DNA of 54,225 bases. Origin: Callorhinchus milii (taxonomy: Eukaryota). The notes beneath the pieces are model-generated. The model saw only the letters and a list, made by a program, of their open reading frames with translations, searched no databases and was not told where the DNA came from. Where the stretch lies: contig NW_024704746.1 of assembly GCF_018977255.1 (NCBI RefSeq), positions 69,015,776-69,070,000 on the forward strand. The letters are read 5' to 3'. The stretch's first letter is position 1. Each line of letters starts with the position of its first letter. This document shows, piece by piece, positions 30,770 through 54,225 of this stretch. The position numbers and the translations under genes are program-made.

Positions 30770-31522
30770 CCCCCCCCCCCCCGGGCCCTGCCCCCCCCCC
30801 GGGCTCTGTGCCCCCCCCCCGGGCTCTGTGCCCCCCCCGGGCTCCGCGCCCCCCCCCCGGGCTCTGTGCCCCCCCCCGGGCTCTGTGCCCCCCCCCCGGG
30901 CTCTGTGCCCCCCCCCGGGCTCTGTGCCCCCCCTGGGCTCCGCGCCCCCCCCCCCGGGCTCCGTGCCCCCCCCCCCGGGCTCTGTGCCCCCCCCCCGGGC
31001 TCTGTGCCCCCCCCCGGGCTCTGTGCCCCCCCCGGGCTCTGTGCCCCCCCCCGGGCTCTGTGCCCCCCCCCCGGGCTCCGTGCCCCCCCCCGGGCTCCGT
31101 GCCCCCCCCCGGGCTCCGTGCCCCCCCCGGGCTCTGTGCCCCCCCCGGGCTCCGTGCCCCCCCCGGGCTCCGTGCCCCTCCCCCCGGACCCCTCCCCCCC
31201 GGGACCCCTCCCCCCCCGGGACCCCCCCCCCCGGGACCCACCCCCCCGGGACCCCTCCCCCCGGACCCCTCCCCCCGGGACCCTCCCCCGGGACCCTCCC
31301 CCCCCCGGGACCCCTCCCCCCCCCGGGACCCCTCCCCCCCCCGGACCCCTCCCCCCCCGGGACCCCTCCCCCCCCCGGGCTCTGTGCCCCCCCCCGGGCT
31401 CTGTGCCCCCCCCCCCGGGCTCCGCGCCCCCCCGGGCTCCGTGCCCCCCCCGGGCTCCGTGCCCCCCCCGGGCTCTGTGCCCCCCCCGGGCTCTGTGCCC
31501 CCCCCCCCCCGGGCTCTGTGCC
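30770..31522 (+). repeat. C-rich minisatellite (C(n)GGGCTCTGTG and GGGACCCCTCCCCCC units)
   Basis: Direct inspection. Confidence 0.9.
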
Positions 31523-31559
31523 GGGGGGGGGGAGGGAGGGGGGGAAGCGCTGCTGGTAC

Positions 31560-31847
31560 CTGTGCTGTGGGGGTGAGGGGTCACTGTTGGGCTGTTCGCG
31601 CCACTTCACCCTCTCGCCTCACGTGTGCGAGGCGCTGAGCCAATCAGGAGCCGCGAGCCACTGGCGGCCTGTGATTGGCGGAGAGCCGCCGGTGTCCAGC
31701 CATAGAGCGGCGGCTCGGGCGCTGCTCTCCTCCTATTGGACACCTCGCCCGCCAACCCGCCGCGTCCCGCCCGCACCCCGCGGTGATTGGTGCGCGGCGC
31801 CGTCCATCAGTCAGGGGGCGGGGCCGCGGCTCTGGGCAGAGCGGCTG
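31560..31847. promoter_or_regulatory. CpG-rich bidirectional promoter shared by CHKB (+) and the CYTH gene (-)
   Basis: CCAAT at 31640, ATTGG at 31674, 31735 and 31786, CACGTG at 31620, GC box GGGGCGGGG at ~31815. High CpG content and no obvious TATA box. Minus-strand CAG|GTACCA donor at 31560; CHKB ATG at 31848. Confidence 0.7.
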
Positions 31848-43963
<12,116 letters not shown>

Positions 43964-44835
43964 TAACGTTCCTTTCAGCGCCTTGGAACGTTCTCCTGGC
44001 GTGAAAGGTGCTATCCAAATGTAATTTGTTGTTGTTGACCACAGGAATCCTCATAGCCCCCCCCACCTCGCGTTCAGCTGCACAATTCCCCCCGACCTAG
44101 CAACATGTCTCCCCAAACACCTCTCCGGCACTGAGCCCTGACCTACCCTCCCCCTCCCCCACGCTTAAAGGGAATCAGTCAGGTGAGAGACATTGGGAGG
44201 CTGAAGGGAGCAGTGACTGGGAACCCGGAATGGAGTGTATGCTCGGACAGGATGAGAAACTCACCAGAACTGAAGGGACCATCTCACCGGCTGGGCTCCT
44301 GCAGTGCGTGGCTGCTCGGCTGAGTGTGTGTGTGTGTGTGTCGCCCATCAATAAAGCCAGTACTCCAAACACCGCCACCTGACTGACTGGATTTATCGCA
44401 AACACGAGAGAAGGGGGGCAGGAGCACAACTGACTTGCTCCCCTCACCCGTGAGGGTCTGAGACCTTGGAGCCAATTGAGCTCCCACACACTGTCACACC
44501 CGCTTTACCTCTCACACACTGTCACACTTGCTGTAACTCGGGACAGACCTGAGTGTGAGACGTTGTCAATGTTTTATTTCCTGCCGGCAGAAAGAATCCC
44601 TGATAAACAGTGAGCAGCTGGCCAGGCGACTGTGAGCCCTGAGAGCGATCCCTGAGAGGACGGCAGCCTGTAGGGGGGTGGAACAGGAGTTGAGGTACAG
44701 ATCAGTCATAATTGTCCAGAATGGTGGAACAGGCTTGAGGGGCTGAATGGTCTACTCCTGGTTCTAGTGCTGAGAGACGGGGTGGGGGGAAGAGAGAATG
44801 CAGAGGGTGGAGTGAATTACAGGTGGCGGAGGGGG

Positions 44836-47800
44836 TTACAGGTAGCGGAGGAGAATAGGATAGGTGGTCTCGATGTGCCGGTTGTTGGTGCTGTGACACA
44901 CGATCTCCACCTCGTAGCGGCTGAACGTCAGCTTGTTACGCTCGGCTGAGGACTTGAGGAACGTGATGGTGTAAAGAGCGAACTCGAATTCCGGGCTGAC
45001 CCCAATAAAGCAGCTTCCCCGAGGCTTAATCCCCTTCTTCCAGCTAAACTGCAGCGTGATCAGGTGCTTGTTCTCATCCGGCTACACAGAGAGACGGGGA
45101 GAGGAGAGAGACAGGAGTGGAGGGGAGAGACAGGAGGAGAAGGGGGGAGGGGAGAGATGGGGTAGAGAGAGACCACGGTGGGGGAGAGAGTGAGTCCGGG
45201 GGGAGGTGAGAGACAGGAGGAGAGGGGGGGAGGGGAGAGAGGGAGAAATAAGCAGAATTAATATAAGAAACCGATTTGTGACGTGACTGATTGCTGCGCG
45301 GGGCTGTGCCGTGCCGGGACGGACTGGCACTCACCACCACCTGGCTGTTCTGGAAGGCGTAGCCCTTGTAATCCACGTTGCCGAGCTTCTCCTGGAAATA
45401 CAGCTGGATCCAGTTGTGGAAACCGATGACCGTGCGGCCTCCTCGCGTCTCCCCCACAAACACGTGCTCGAAACCGGAGGAGTCGGGCCTGTCGAGAGGG
45501 AAGAGCCGGTGAGGAACACATACTCCACCACCCCGCCCCCACCCACTGCGAGGCAGCCCCCACCACACTGTCCCGGTGTCAGCTCCCCCAGTATAGAGCC
45601 CGGGAGAGGGCACAGGGTAAATTGTCGGCCAGGACACCAGGAGAGAGAGAGAAACGCTCTTCTCTTTTCCAACGGTGTTGCAGGGCACAGGCGGGAGCTC
45701 GGTTTAATGATAATAATCCTCGCATTTGATACAGCGCCTTATCACGTCTTCGAGATGTCTCAAAGCACTTCACAGGATATACTGTAAAGAGAATTGACTA
45801 TATTTTGTGGGTGAAATGCAGCGGCCAATTGCACACAGGAGTGTCCCACAAACAGTTGTGGATTGAGTGACCACATTTTTTAAATTTGTCTTTTTTTTTT
45901 TTGGAGGGATTATTACACCCGGAAAAACGATCCACCAATCGATTAACAACCGGGTTCCTACTGACTGCTGATTAAACAGTGGCGTGTGGATCAAGGGAAC
46001 TTGTTAGGGTTTCTGCCTGCCCGGGAATCGAACCCAGGTCCTCTCGCTTGCGAGTCGAGTGCTTTGAGCTCAGAGGGACTGGATGAGGTTCAAACCCAGG
46101 ACCGTGTTGGAGCCGGGAGCGACAGCGAGTGGCTGAGCCGTGACTTACTGACTGGAACCTCTCCGGGCGTACAGGCGGAACCAGATGTCATACAGCTGCT
46201 GCTTGAACTTCTCCTTGCTGGCCTGCGCCTGTCCCTTCTTCACCAGGTAACTGTGAGCAATCTGAGGCGAGGAGTGAACAGTAACTACACCGGGCTCCTG
46301 CAGTCAGTCACTACACCCAACACTGTGTGTACAGACAGTCGCTCACCTGCAGGACGGGCGTCTCCATTAGAGCGTCCAGGAAGCGGTGGTTTTCCTGCTC
46401 CTCCTGTGCGGTGACCACCTCGGGTTCCCCGGTGTCAGCGACATAGTTATCCAGCAGCGAGATAAAGGCTGGGGCACGGCACAGCGAGAGAGTCAGAGGG
46501 ACAGACAGGGTGACACAGACAGGTGACACAGACAGTGTCAGACAGGGTGACACAGACCGTGTCAGACAGGGTGACACAGACCGTGTCAGACAGGGTGACA
46601 CAGACCGTGTCAGACAGGGTGACACAGACAGTGTCAGACAGGGTGACACACACAGTGACAGACAGGGTGACACAGACAGTGACAGACAGTGAGGCACGGC
46701 CCAGCGGCTCGGGACGCGGATGCGAGGCGTGGGCTCTGCTGGGATAGCAGCGGCAGAGGCGGGAAAAACGAGCTTCACCTCATAGTCAGAGCCACGGCCC
46801 CGGGGGGTGGGGGAGACTCTGTCTCTCTGTCTGTCTCTGTGAGGGTGAGTATCCATGGGCTGGGGGGCGGGGGGAGACTCATCTATACCGGCCCTCAGGT
46901 CCCATCCACACCGGCCCCCGAGGTCCCATCTACACCGGACCCCATCTACCCCGGGCCCCATCCACACCAGCCCCCGGGCCCCATCCACACCGGCCCCCGG
47001 GCCCCATCCACACCGGCCCCCGGGCCCCATCGTGCTTACTGTGGGCCTGAGTGTTGCTGTGTGTGTGTGAGACGGGGAGACGGGGGGCGGCCGGTAGCCT
47101 CAGTGACGACGTCTCTTTTACCGGAAAACGTTTCCTTCTTGAAGATTTCCTCGTTGACGTAGTTGAAGAGTGGCAGCGGTGCTCGGTTTTCCGTGTCCTG
47201 GCTGCTCGGTGCCTGTCCGGCTTTCCCCTGTCACAGAGACAGAGCAGGAGGTGTCAGTGAAGCGTGAGGTTAGGAGGAAGGTTTCCGCACACAGAGCCGT
47301 TAGCATGTGGGATGTCAGCCGGGGGCCGCGGTCCAGACAGGATCCGGATTAGCTTTGAAGTGAGATGGAGATGTAAAAAGGAACAGTGTGCAGGGAGTGT
47401 GTGTGTGTGGGGGGTGGAGCAGCGCCCGCACTGAATGCTGTTACAATGCTATTATTGCTCAGTGAGAAAATAAACTCACAACAATGGGGTCGCACATCCC
47501 CAGACACGGGAGCCGCGGGTCAGGGGGTGACAACAACTTTAGGACAGACAGGAAGTTTCCTCTTACCCCTGAGAATCCGCTCAGGCCGGGGCATCGGGGG
47601 CACACGTTAATGATAATAATAATTATAATAATGATGATGATATTAATAAACCTTGCATTTGATCTAGCGCCTTGTCACGTCTTCAAGACGTTGTAAAAGC
47701 GCTTCGCAGAGTACACTGTAAAGTGAATTGACTATTTTGTGGGGGAAACACGGCAGCCATTTCCGCACAGCAGCGTCCCCACATACAGCCGTGGAGCGAC

Positions 47801-47996
47801 TTACCAAACGTATTGAGATGAACATAACGGGCTGAAGGCCCGGTGTGACCCAGTGATGCCGGGCATGGCGGTGGTAGTCAGGATGACTGACGGTTACCTG
47901 CAGAGAGATCCTGTAATCTTTGCCAGGCTGCAGCCGGTTCACATCGCTGTCCCACAGCTTCTGTGCGATCTCTGATAATTCCATGTTTCCATCCAT
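44836..47996 (-). CDS. Poly(U)-specific endoribonuclease, EndoU/XendoU family (EndoU-C-like), ~279 aa core
   Basis: Exons 47996-47898 (MDGNMELSEIAQKLWDSDVNRL…DYRISLQ), 47227-47122 (PLFNYVNEE), 46468-46347 (FISLLDNY), 46261-46149 (LYDIWFRLY), 45488-45335 (SSGFEHVFVGE…GFHNWIQLY), 45081-44836 (KPRGSCFIGVSPEFEFALYT…TTYP). Catalytic His-His-Lys residues are retained. TTTATT at 44573-44578. Confidence 0.93.
45708..46070 (-). mobile_element. tRNA-derived SINE, same family
   Basis: Same body and reverse-complement B-box gggaatcgaacccagg. Partial copies also occur near 600-740, 6560-6680, 8430-8550, 13900-14020, 30030-30300, 36770-36950, 47640-47800 and 52720-52830. Confidence 0.8.
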
Positions 47997-48079
47997 GCTG
48001 CAGCCGGGAGAACAAGTTGTCAGCCAGTAAATGTCAGCGCGACCCCCAACTCCAATACTGACGTGACCAGAACCAATGC

Positions 48080-48742
48080 TCCCTCTGCACTGTGCGTCCA
48101 CACTCCCAGGTCAGGGTTAGGGACACAGTAAAGCTCCTCTACATTGTGCGTCCACACTCCCAGGTCAGGGTTAGAGACACAGTAACGCTCCCTCTACACT
48201 GTGCGTCCACACTCCCAGGTCAGGGTTAGAGACACAGTAAAGCTCCTCTACACTGTGTGTCCACACTCCCAGGTCAGGGTTAGAGACACAGTAAAGCTCC
48301 TCTACACTGTGTGTCCACACTCCCAGGTCAGGGTTACAGACACAGTAAAGCTCCTCTACACTGTGTGTCCACACTCCCAGGTCAGGGTTAGAGACACAGT
48401 AACGCTCCCTCTACACTGTGCGTCCACACTCCCAGGTCAGGGTTAGAGACACAGTAACGCTCCCTCTACACTGTGTGTCCACACTCCCAGGTCAGGGTTA
48501 GAGACACAGTAAAGCTCTGTCTACACTGTGCGTCCACACTCCCAGGTCAGGGTTAGAGACACAGTAACGCTCTACACTGTGTGTCCACACTCCCAGGTCA
48601 GGGTTAGAGACACAGTAAAGCTCCTCTACACTGTGTGTCCACACTCCCAGGTCAGGGTTAGAGACACAGTAACGCTCCTCTACACTGTGCGTCCACACTC
48701 CCAGGTCAGGGTTAGAGACACAGTAAAGCTCCCTCTACATTG
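48080..48742 (+). repeat. ~51-bp minisatellite, third array
   Basis: Same unit as 13318-13842. Confidence 0.92.
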
Positions 48743-48824
48743 TCCGTGTGCACACAGGCAGGTAGGGCGAGGCCGGTGCTGTGAATACCTGACGATGTGG
48801 TTGGTGAGGGAGGGAGTATGTTAC

Positions 48825-49405
48825 CTTATGTGGCTGATGTGGAGACTGGAGCCTTCGCTATGTGTGAGCAGATCAAGATCCACATCGGGGTCCAGCTCAG
48901 TGACTCGCTCCCTGTCACTGCAAGTTCCGCTCCCTCCAACCTCAGACAGTGTCCGAAGCCGTCTGACCCCCTTTATGTTCCTGGTTGTGCACAACCTGAC
49001 CTTTGGGCCAGACTGACCTTGGTGTGGGCTGGGCTGACGACAGGTCTGGGTTGACCACTGGTGTATGCTGGTGTAGCTGACCCTGGGCTGTGCTGGGCCA
49101 GCTGAAAATTGGGCTAGGCTGACCGCTGGGCTGGAGGGTGACCACTGGTCTTTGAGCAGGGCTGAAGGCTGGGGGAAAGGTGCCTCGCTGGCAGGACAAT
49201 GAGGCAGTGAGAGGAGCTGAGACTCAGCAGAAAGGGAGCCGGGTGTCAGCACATAGCTGTGAGCTGACAACACAGGCTGACAGTGCCTTTCATAGTGAAA
49301 GCCAGTGTTTGTCCTGCACAAAACCCCCCTGACCTCTGCTCCCCCCTTCGCTCGCTCCCCCCCTCCCCACTGGGTCAGTCCACAACATATGTCCGTGACA
49401 GACAT
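48825..49405 (-). CDS. Putative upstream coding exon adding ~194 aa to the N-terminus of the EndoU protein
   Basis: Non-repetitive ATG ORF (MSVTDICCG…HISHI) ending at a phase-2 donor AG|GTAAC. The next EndoU exon begins cag|C-ATG at 47997, which gives an in-frame AGC-ATG. Confidence 0.5.
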
Positions 49406-49469
49406 GGAGCTCCCAATCTGGTTTGGAGACTTTTAAGCACGGTTTTCTGCCTGTGACCGACACGCGGCC

Positions 49470-50520
49470 CGGTCACGGTGATGGGGTTGTGCGTGTGACG
49501 GACACTCGGCCGGTCACGGTGATGGGGTTGTGGGTGTGACGGACACTCGGCCGGTCACGGTGATGGGGTTGTGGGTGTGACGGACACTCGGCCGGTCACG
49601 GTGATGGGGTTGTGGGTGTGACGGACACTCGGCCGGTCACGGTGATGGGGTTGTGGGTGTGACGGACACTCGGCCGGTCACGGTGATGGGGTTGTGTGTG
49701 TGACGGACACTCGGCCGGTCACGGTGATGGGGTTGTGGGTGTGACGGACACTCGGCCGGTCACGGTGATGGGGTTGTGGGTGTGACGGACACTCGGCCGG
49801 TCACGGTGATGGGGTTGTGGGTGTGACGGACACTCGGCCGGTCACGGTGATGGGGTTGTGGGTGTGACGGACACCCGGCCGGTCACGGTGATGGGGTTGT
49901 GGGTGTGACGGACACCCGGCCGGTCACGGTGATGGGGTTGTGGGTGTGACGGACACCCGGCCGGTCACGGTGATGGGGTTGTGGGTGTGACGGACACTCG
50001 GCCGGTCACGGTGATGGGGTTGTGGGTGTGACGGACACTCGGCCGGTCACGGTGATGGGGTTGTGGGTGTGACGGACACCCGGCCGGTCACGGTGATGGG
50101 GTTGTGGGTGTGACGGACACTCGGCCGGTCACGGTGATGGGGTTGTGGGTGTGACGGACACTCGGCCGGTCACGGTGATGGGGTTGTGGGTGTGACGGAC
50201 ACTCGGCCGGTCACGGTGATGGGGTTGTGGGTGTGACGGACACTCGGCCGGTCACGGTGATGGGGTTGTGGGTGTGACGGACACTCGGCCGGTCACGGTG
50301 ATGGGGTTGTGGGTGTGACGGACACTCGGCCGGTCACGGTGATGGGGTTGTGGGTGTGACGGACACTCGGCCGGTCACGGTGATGGGGTTGTGGGTGTGA
50401 CGGACACTCGGCCGGTCACGGTGATGGGGTTGTGGGTGTGACGGACACTCGGCCGGTCACGGTGATGGGGTTGTGGGTGTGACGGACACTCGGCCGGTCA
50501 CGGTGATGGGGTTGTGTGTC
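49470..50520 (+). repeat. 41-bp minisatellite GGTCACGGTGATGGGGTTGTGGGTGTGACGGACACTCGGCC
   Basis: About 25 nearly identical copies. Confidence 0.95.
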
Positions 50521-51023
50521 TATGACACCCAGTAACCAAAATAAATAGACTGTGGTCCTGTATCGCCCTCCGGTGGCGGCCGATGATTCTGTAACTACAA
50601 TCTCACAGCACAGGAGGCCATTCAGCCCACATCGCCTGTTCCACTCTTGACACCCAACTTCACTTACACCACTTTTCCCACTCGGGCTGAGTGTCACTGT
50701 ATCTGTGTAACAGGCTGACGGTAGCTGTGTAACAGGCTGTCTGTAGCTGTGTAACAGGCTGACTGTATCTGTGTAACAGGCTGACGGTAGCTGTGTAACA
50801 GGCTGACGGTAGCTGTGTAACAGGCTGACTGTAGCTGTGTAACAGGTTTGGTCCCTTTAACCGAGGCTGAGTGTGGAGCCCCTGAGCTCCGCCCCCACTT
50901 TGGGAGAAACTTTCTGGGAAGTTTTCTCACTTTGTGTAGTGTTTCTGTCCCGCGAACAGCACTGCACTGTGTCTCTGCTCCACTGCGGTTCCTACAGATT
51001 GTGGTACTCCGGGGAGAACACTG

Positions 51024-51542
51024 CTGCCATCCCAGAGGAGGGGGCTGCCATCCCAGGGGAGGGGGCTGCCATCCCAGGGGAGGGGGCTGCCATCCCAGGG
51101 GAGGGGGCTGCCATCCCAGAGGAGGGGGCTGCCATCCCAGAGGAGAGGACTGCCATCCCAGAGGAGGGGGCTGCCATCCCAGAGGAGGGGGCTGCCATCC
51201 CAGGGGAGGGGGCTGCCATCCCAGGGGAGGGGACTGCTATCCCAGAGGAGGGGACTGCCATCCCAGGGGAGGGGGCTGCCATCCCAGGGGAGGGGGCTGC
51301 CATCCAAGGGGAGGGGGCTGCCATCCCAGGGGAGGGGGCTGCCATCCCAGGGGAGGGGGCTGCCATCCCAGAGGAGGGGGCTGCCATCCCAGGGGAGGGG
51401 GCTGCCATCCCAGGGGAGGGGGCTGCCATCCAAGGGGAGGGGGTTGCCATCCCAGGGGAGGGGGCTGCCATCCCAGGGGAGGGGGCTGCCATCCCAGGGG
51501 AGGGGACTGCCATCCCAGAGGAGGGGACTGCCATCCCAGGGG
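51024..51542 (+). repeat. 21-bp minisatellite GCTGCCATCCCAGGGGAGGGG
   Basis: About 24 copies. A second 21-bp array lies at 50700-50845 and a 29-bp array at 51722-51870. Confidence 0.92.
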
Positions 51543-51599
51543 GAAGAGGGAGGGAGCGGTGGGGGCTGGGGACCGGGTGCAGGTTTGATGGTGTGAGGA

Positions 51600-51726
51600 G
51601 GACAGATCGGGACTGGGATGATGTGTTGGCCGCCAGCGCTGGTTCTGCTGCTCCAGGTGTGTGTGTGTTGGCACTGGAGCTGTGCTCACATCTCTGATCA
51701 TTATCAGTACCAGGAAAATGGTGAGT
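51600..51726 (+). other. Possible first exon of a downstream gene, ending ATG|GTGAGT
   Basis: aggaaaATG (51718-51720) is followed at once by the consensus donor GTGAGT. I found no partner exon in the window, and the start coordinate is a guess. Confidence 0.25.
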
Positions 51727-53089
51727 GTGTCAGCGAGTGTGCTCTCAGTGTGAGTGTGTCAGCGAGTGTGCTCTCAGTGTGAGTGTGTCAGCGAGTGTGC
51801 TCTCAGTGTGAGTGTGTCAGCGAGTGTGCTCTCAGTGTGAGTGTGTCAGCGAGTGTGCCTCAGTGTGAGTGTGCTTCAGTGCCAGTGCGCGCGGGTGCCA
51901 GTGAATATGCTCTGGGGAGAGGGAGGTGTTAATGTATAATATGCTCAGTCTCCAGTTTAGCAGCTTGTGATCCCTGACTACCCGGTCGGTGTCTTGGGCC
52001 GTCCTCCCGATGTGAAAGGCGCTTGACAAATGTTGTTTGAACCCCACATCGGGAGCTAAGCTCCAGCGCAGGGCTGGGTGAGCACCACATTGTCAAGGGG
52101 CTCGGAGAAGCCATTAACCAAGCTCCTCTCCGTGCCTGGTCAGTGGGACGCTGAAGATCCCGCAAGATTACTGGTTCAGAGAGAGAGAGCCTGGTTCCTG
52201 GATGATTATCCCCCAAATATTACCAGTCATTCACTTTGTGGGATGTTGCTGAGTGTGACTGGCTGCTGCGTTCCTCTACAAAACATACAGTCACTACACT
52301 TTACAGTGAACCCTAGGAAGCACTTCGACAACCCTTGATGAGCAAGCACAGACAAGAATGAAGAGAGAACAGGAAATGGGGTTAGAGTAGAGAGCTCCAG
52401 TGGGGGAGCGAGCCCCAGTACAGACACCATGGGGAGAGAGAGAGAGAGCAGGGAATGGGGTTAGAGTAGAGAGCTCCAGAGGGGGAGCGAGCCCCAGCAC
52501 AGACACCATGGGGAGAGAGAGAGAGCAGGGAATGGTTGAGGTGAGACGGGAATTTGATACCATGTGTGAACATGCGAGCTGTGCCTCCCTGTGTCACTCG
52601 GTGTGTGCTGGTGTCACATTGTGCTACAGCCTTCCTCTCGCGCACACCACCATCAACAATGACATCCAACAACATTAACAACATCAATAACGACATCATT
52701 GACAACAATATCATTAATAATATAATAATCCTGGCATTTGATACAGCGCCTTATCAAGTCTTTGAAATGTCTCGAATCTCTTCACAGAATATACTGTAAA
52801 GTGTAGTGACTGTATATTTTTTGGGAGAACATCATCAACACATTATCATCAAAAATATCAATGACAATGTTAACATTAACATGAACATCAATAATATCGA
52901 CATGATTACCTTTAACAACATCAAAATCCACATGATCAACATCAACATCACCATTACCATTCACCAGCGCCTTGAGGTACAGTAATCCCTCAGAGCTCTG
53001 TGCCATGGTGGAGTGGATGTGAGCGGGTAGGGGGTGAGCAAAGGTAGACAGTGGACTTGAGGGGGTGGTTGGGATGACACCCAACTGTA

Positions 53090-54030
53090 CCTCTCTGCCC
53101 CCACCCTTGACTCCAGGACCCACTGCTGTCCTGACAGAATGTCTGTCAGACGTCAAGGCCTGGATGAGAGTAACTTTCTTCAGTTGAACGTCAACAAGAC
53201 CGAGGCTCCTGATTGGCTCCCGTCAGCGCGTCCTCACCTCAGGCTGACAGATCACCATCCATGGGGCTCACTCCCCCTCACTGAGCCAGTCCCGAACCTT
53301 GGGGTCTTGTTTGACCCTCAACTATCCTTTCTATCCCAATCTGTGCCATGACCCGCTCTGCCTTCCCCCACCTCCGCAACATCGCCCGGCTCCCCCACTG
53401 TCTCACTCCGCAGGCCACCGAGACCCTCGTACATGCCTTCATTACATCGACTTGACTATGCAAACTCACTGCTTGTCGGCCCCCAACTCCTCCCTCCACA
53501 GGCTGCAGATCATCCAGAACTCTGCAGCCCGTGACCTCTCCCACACCAGGCTCCGCGACCCTATCACTCCCATCCTCGCCCGACCCCACTGTCTCCCCAT
53601 CACACAGAGGATACAGGTCAAGATCCTGGTCCTTACCTTCAAAGCCCTCCATGGTCTTGATCCCCCGACCTCTGCGACGTCCTAACCCCCTACCATCCTG
53701 CTCACTCCCTCCGCTCAGCGGGCTCCGGCTGCTTCACGTCCTCCGCCTTGCTCGCCCCACTGTTGGCGGGTGGGCCTTCTGCCACTCTGCCCCCACCCTC
53801 TGGAACTCCATCCCGCAGTCCCTCCGCCTCGCCCCCTCCCTTGCCTACTTTCAAGATCCATCTAAAGACCCTCCTTTTCGACTGTGCTTTTGATCTCCCT
53901 GCTTCCCCCCCTGCCTTCCACCCTCCCCCACCCCGAACCCCAGCTCGGGTCGTAACTCTGCCCAGGCCTTGGGAGATCCTCCCGACACGAAAGGGCTTTA
54001 CAAATGTAATCTTCTTGTTGTTGCTGCTGC
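53090..54030 (+). mobile_element. Degraded L2/CR1-clade LINE 3' fragment
   Basis: [53 protein letters not shown] and [12 protein letters not shown] spread across frameshifts. Confidence 0.8.
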
Positions 54031-54225
54031 AGAGTTTGAAGCGTAGAATTGGAAAGCTTGGCCATTATTGGGAGGGGTAGAGTGTGGGGGACATGCAGCA
54101 AACTGAGGGAGTTGTGGGGTGGGAAGACATTGGACAAATGGTACGAGGGCATAGTGGGGATTACAGGTGAGGGTGAGGATCTTGTGCTGAGAGATGGGGA
54201 GCCAGTGGAGCCTGGGGAGTGAGGG

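Noticed and set aside
49470-50520. CRISPR-like regular repeat array
   Set aside because: Units are contiguous with no unique spacers, there are no cas genes, and the context is a vertebrate genome.
50848-51701. CHPRGGG / EGAAIPG repeat proteins
   Set aside because: A 21-bp tandem repeat open in several frames on both strands, with no domain or splice support.

Overview
Repeat-rich, GC-rich vertebrate genomic DNA. The SINE, LINE and minisatellite content suggests a cartilaginous fish (inference). There are two assembly gaps (5646-5777, 25512-25872). I spliced six multi-exon genes by hand using GT-AG sites and phase matching: ARSA (+, 5'-partial, 111-3782), an acrosin-like serine protease (-, 6126-11316), MAPK8IP2/JIP2 (-, 13192-24267), a CYTH/CyaB-like triphosphate-tunnel gene (-, 28548-30588), choline kinase beta CHKB (+, 31848-43963) and an EndoU/XendoU-family ribonuclease (-, 44836-47996, possibly extended to 49405). 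CHKB-MAPK8IP2-ARSA keeps the order and relative orientation of human 22q13.33. Most notable observations: (1) the CYTH gene shares a bidirectional promoter with CHKB, at the position of the human CHKB-DT lncRNA; (2) the protease has an intact catalytic triad but lacks the R|IVGG activation site, has Thr at oxyanion-hole position 193 and ends in a GPI-type tail; (3) a ~3.15-kb tandem duplication of CHKB exons 2(partial)-6; (4) an in-phase ~194-aa N-terminal extension exon for EndoU; (5) a spaced REST/RE1 site upstream of MAPK8IP2; (6) a minisatellite that multiplies a splice donor; (7) a missing ARSA intron. Almost all long ORFs in the supplied track are minisatellite artefacts.
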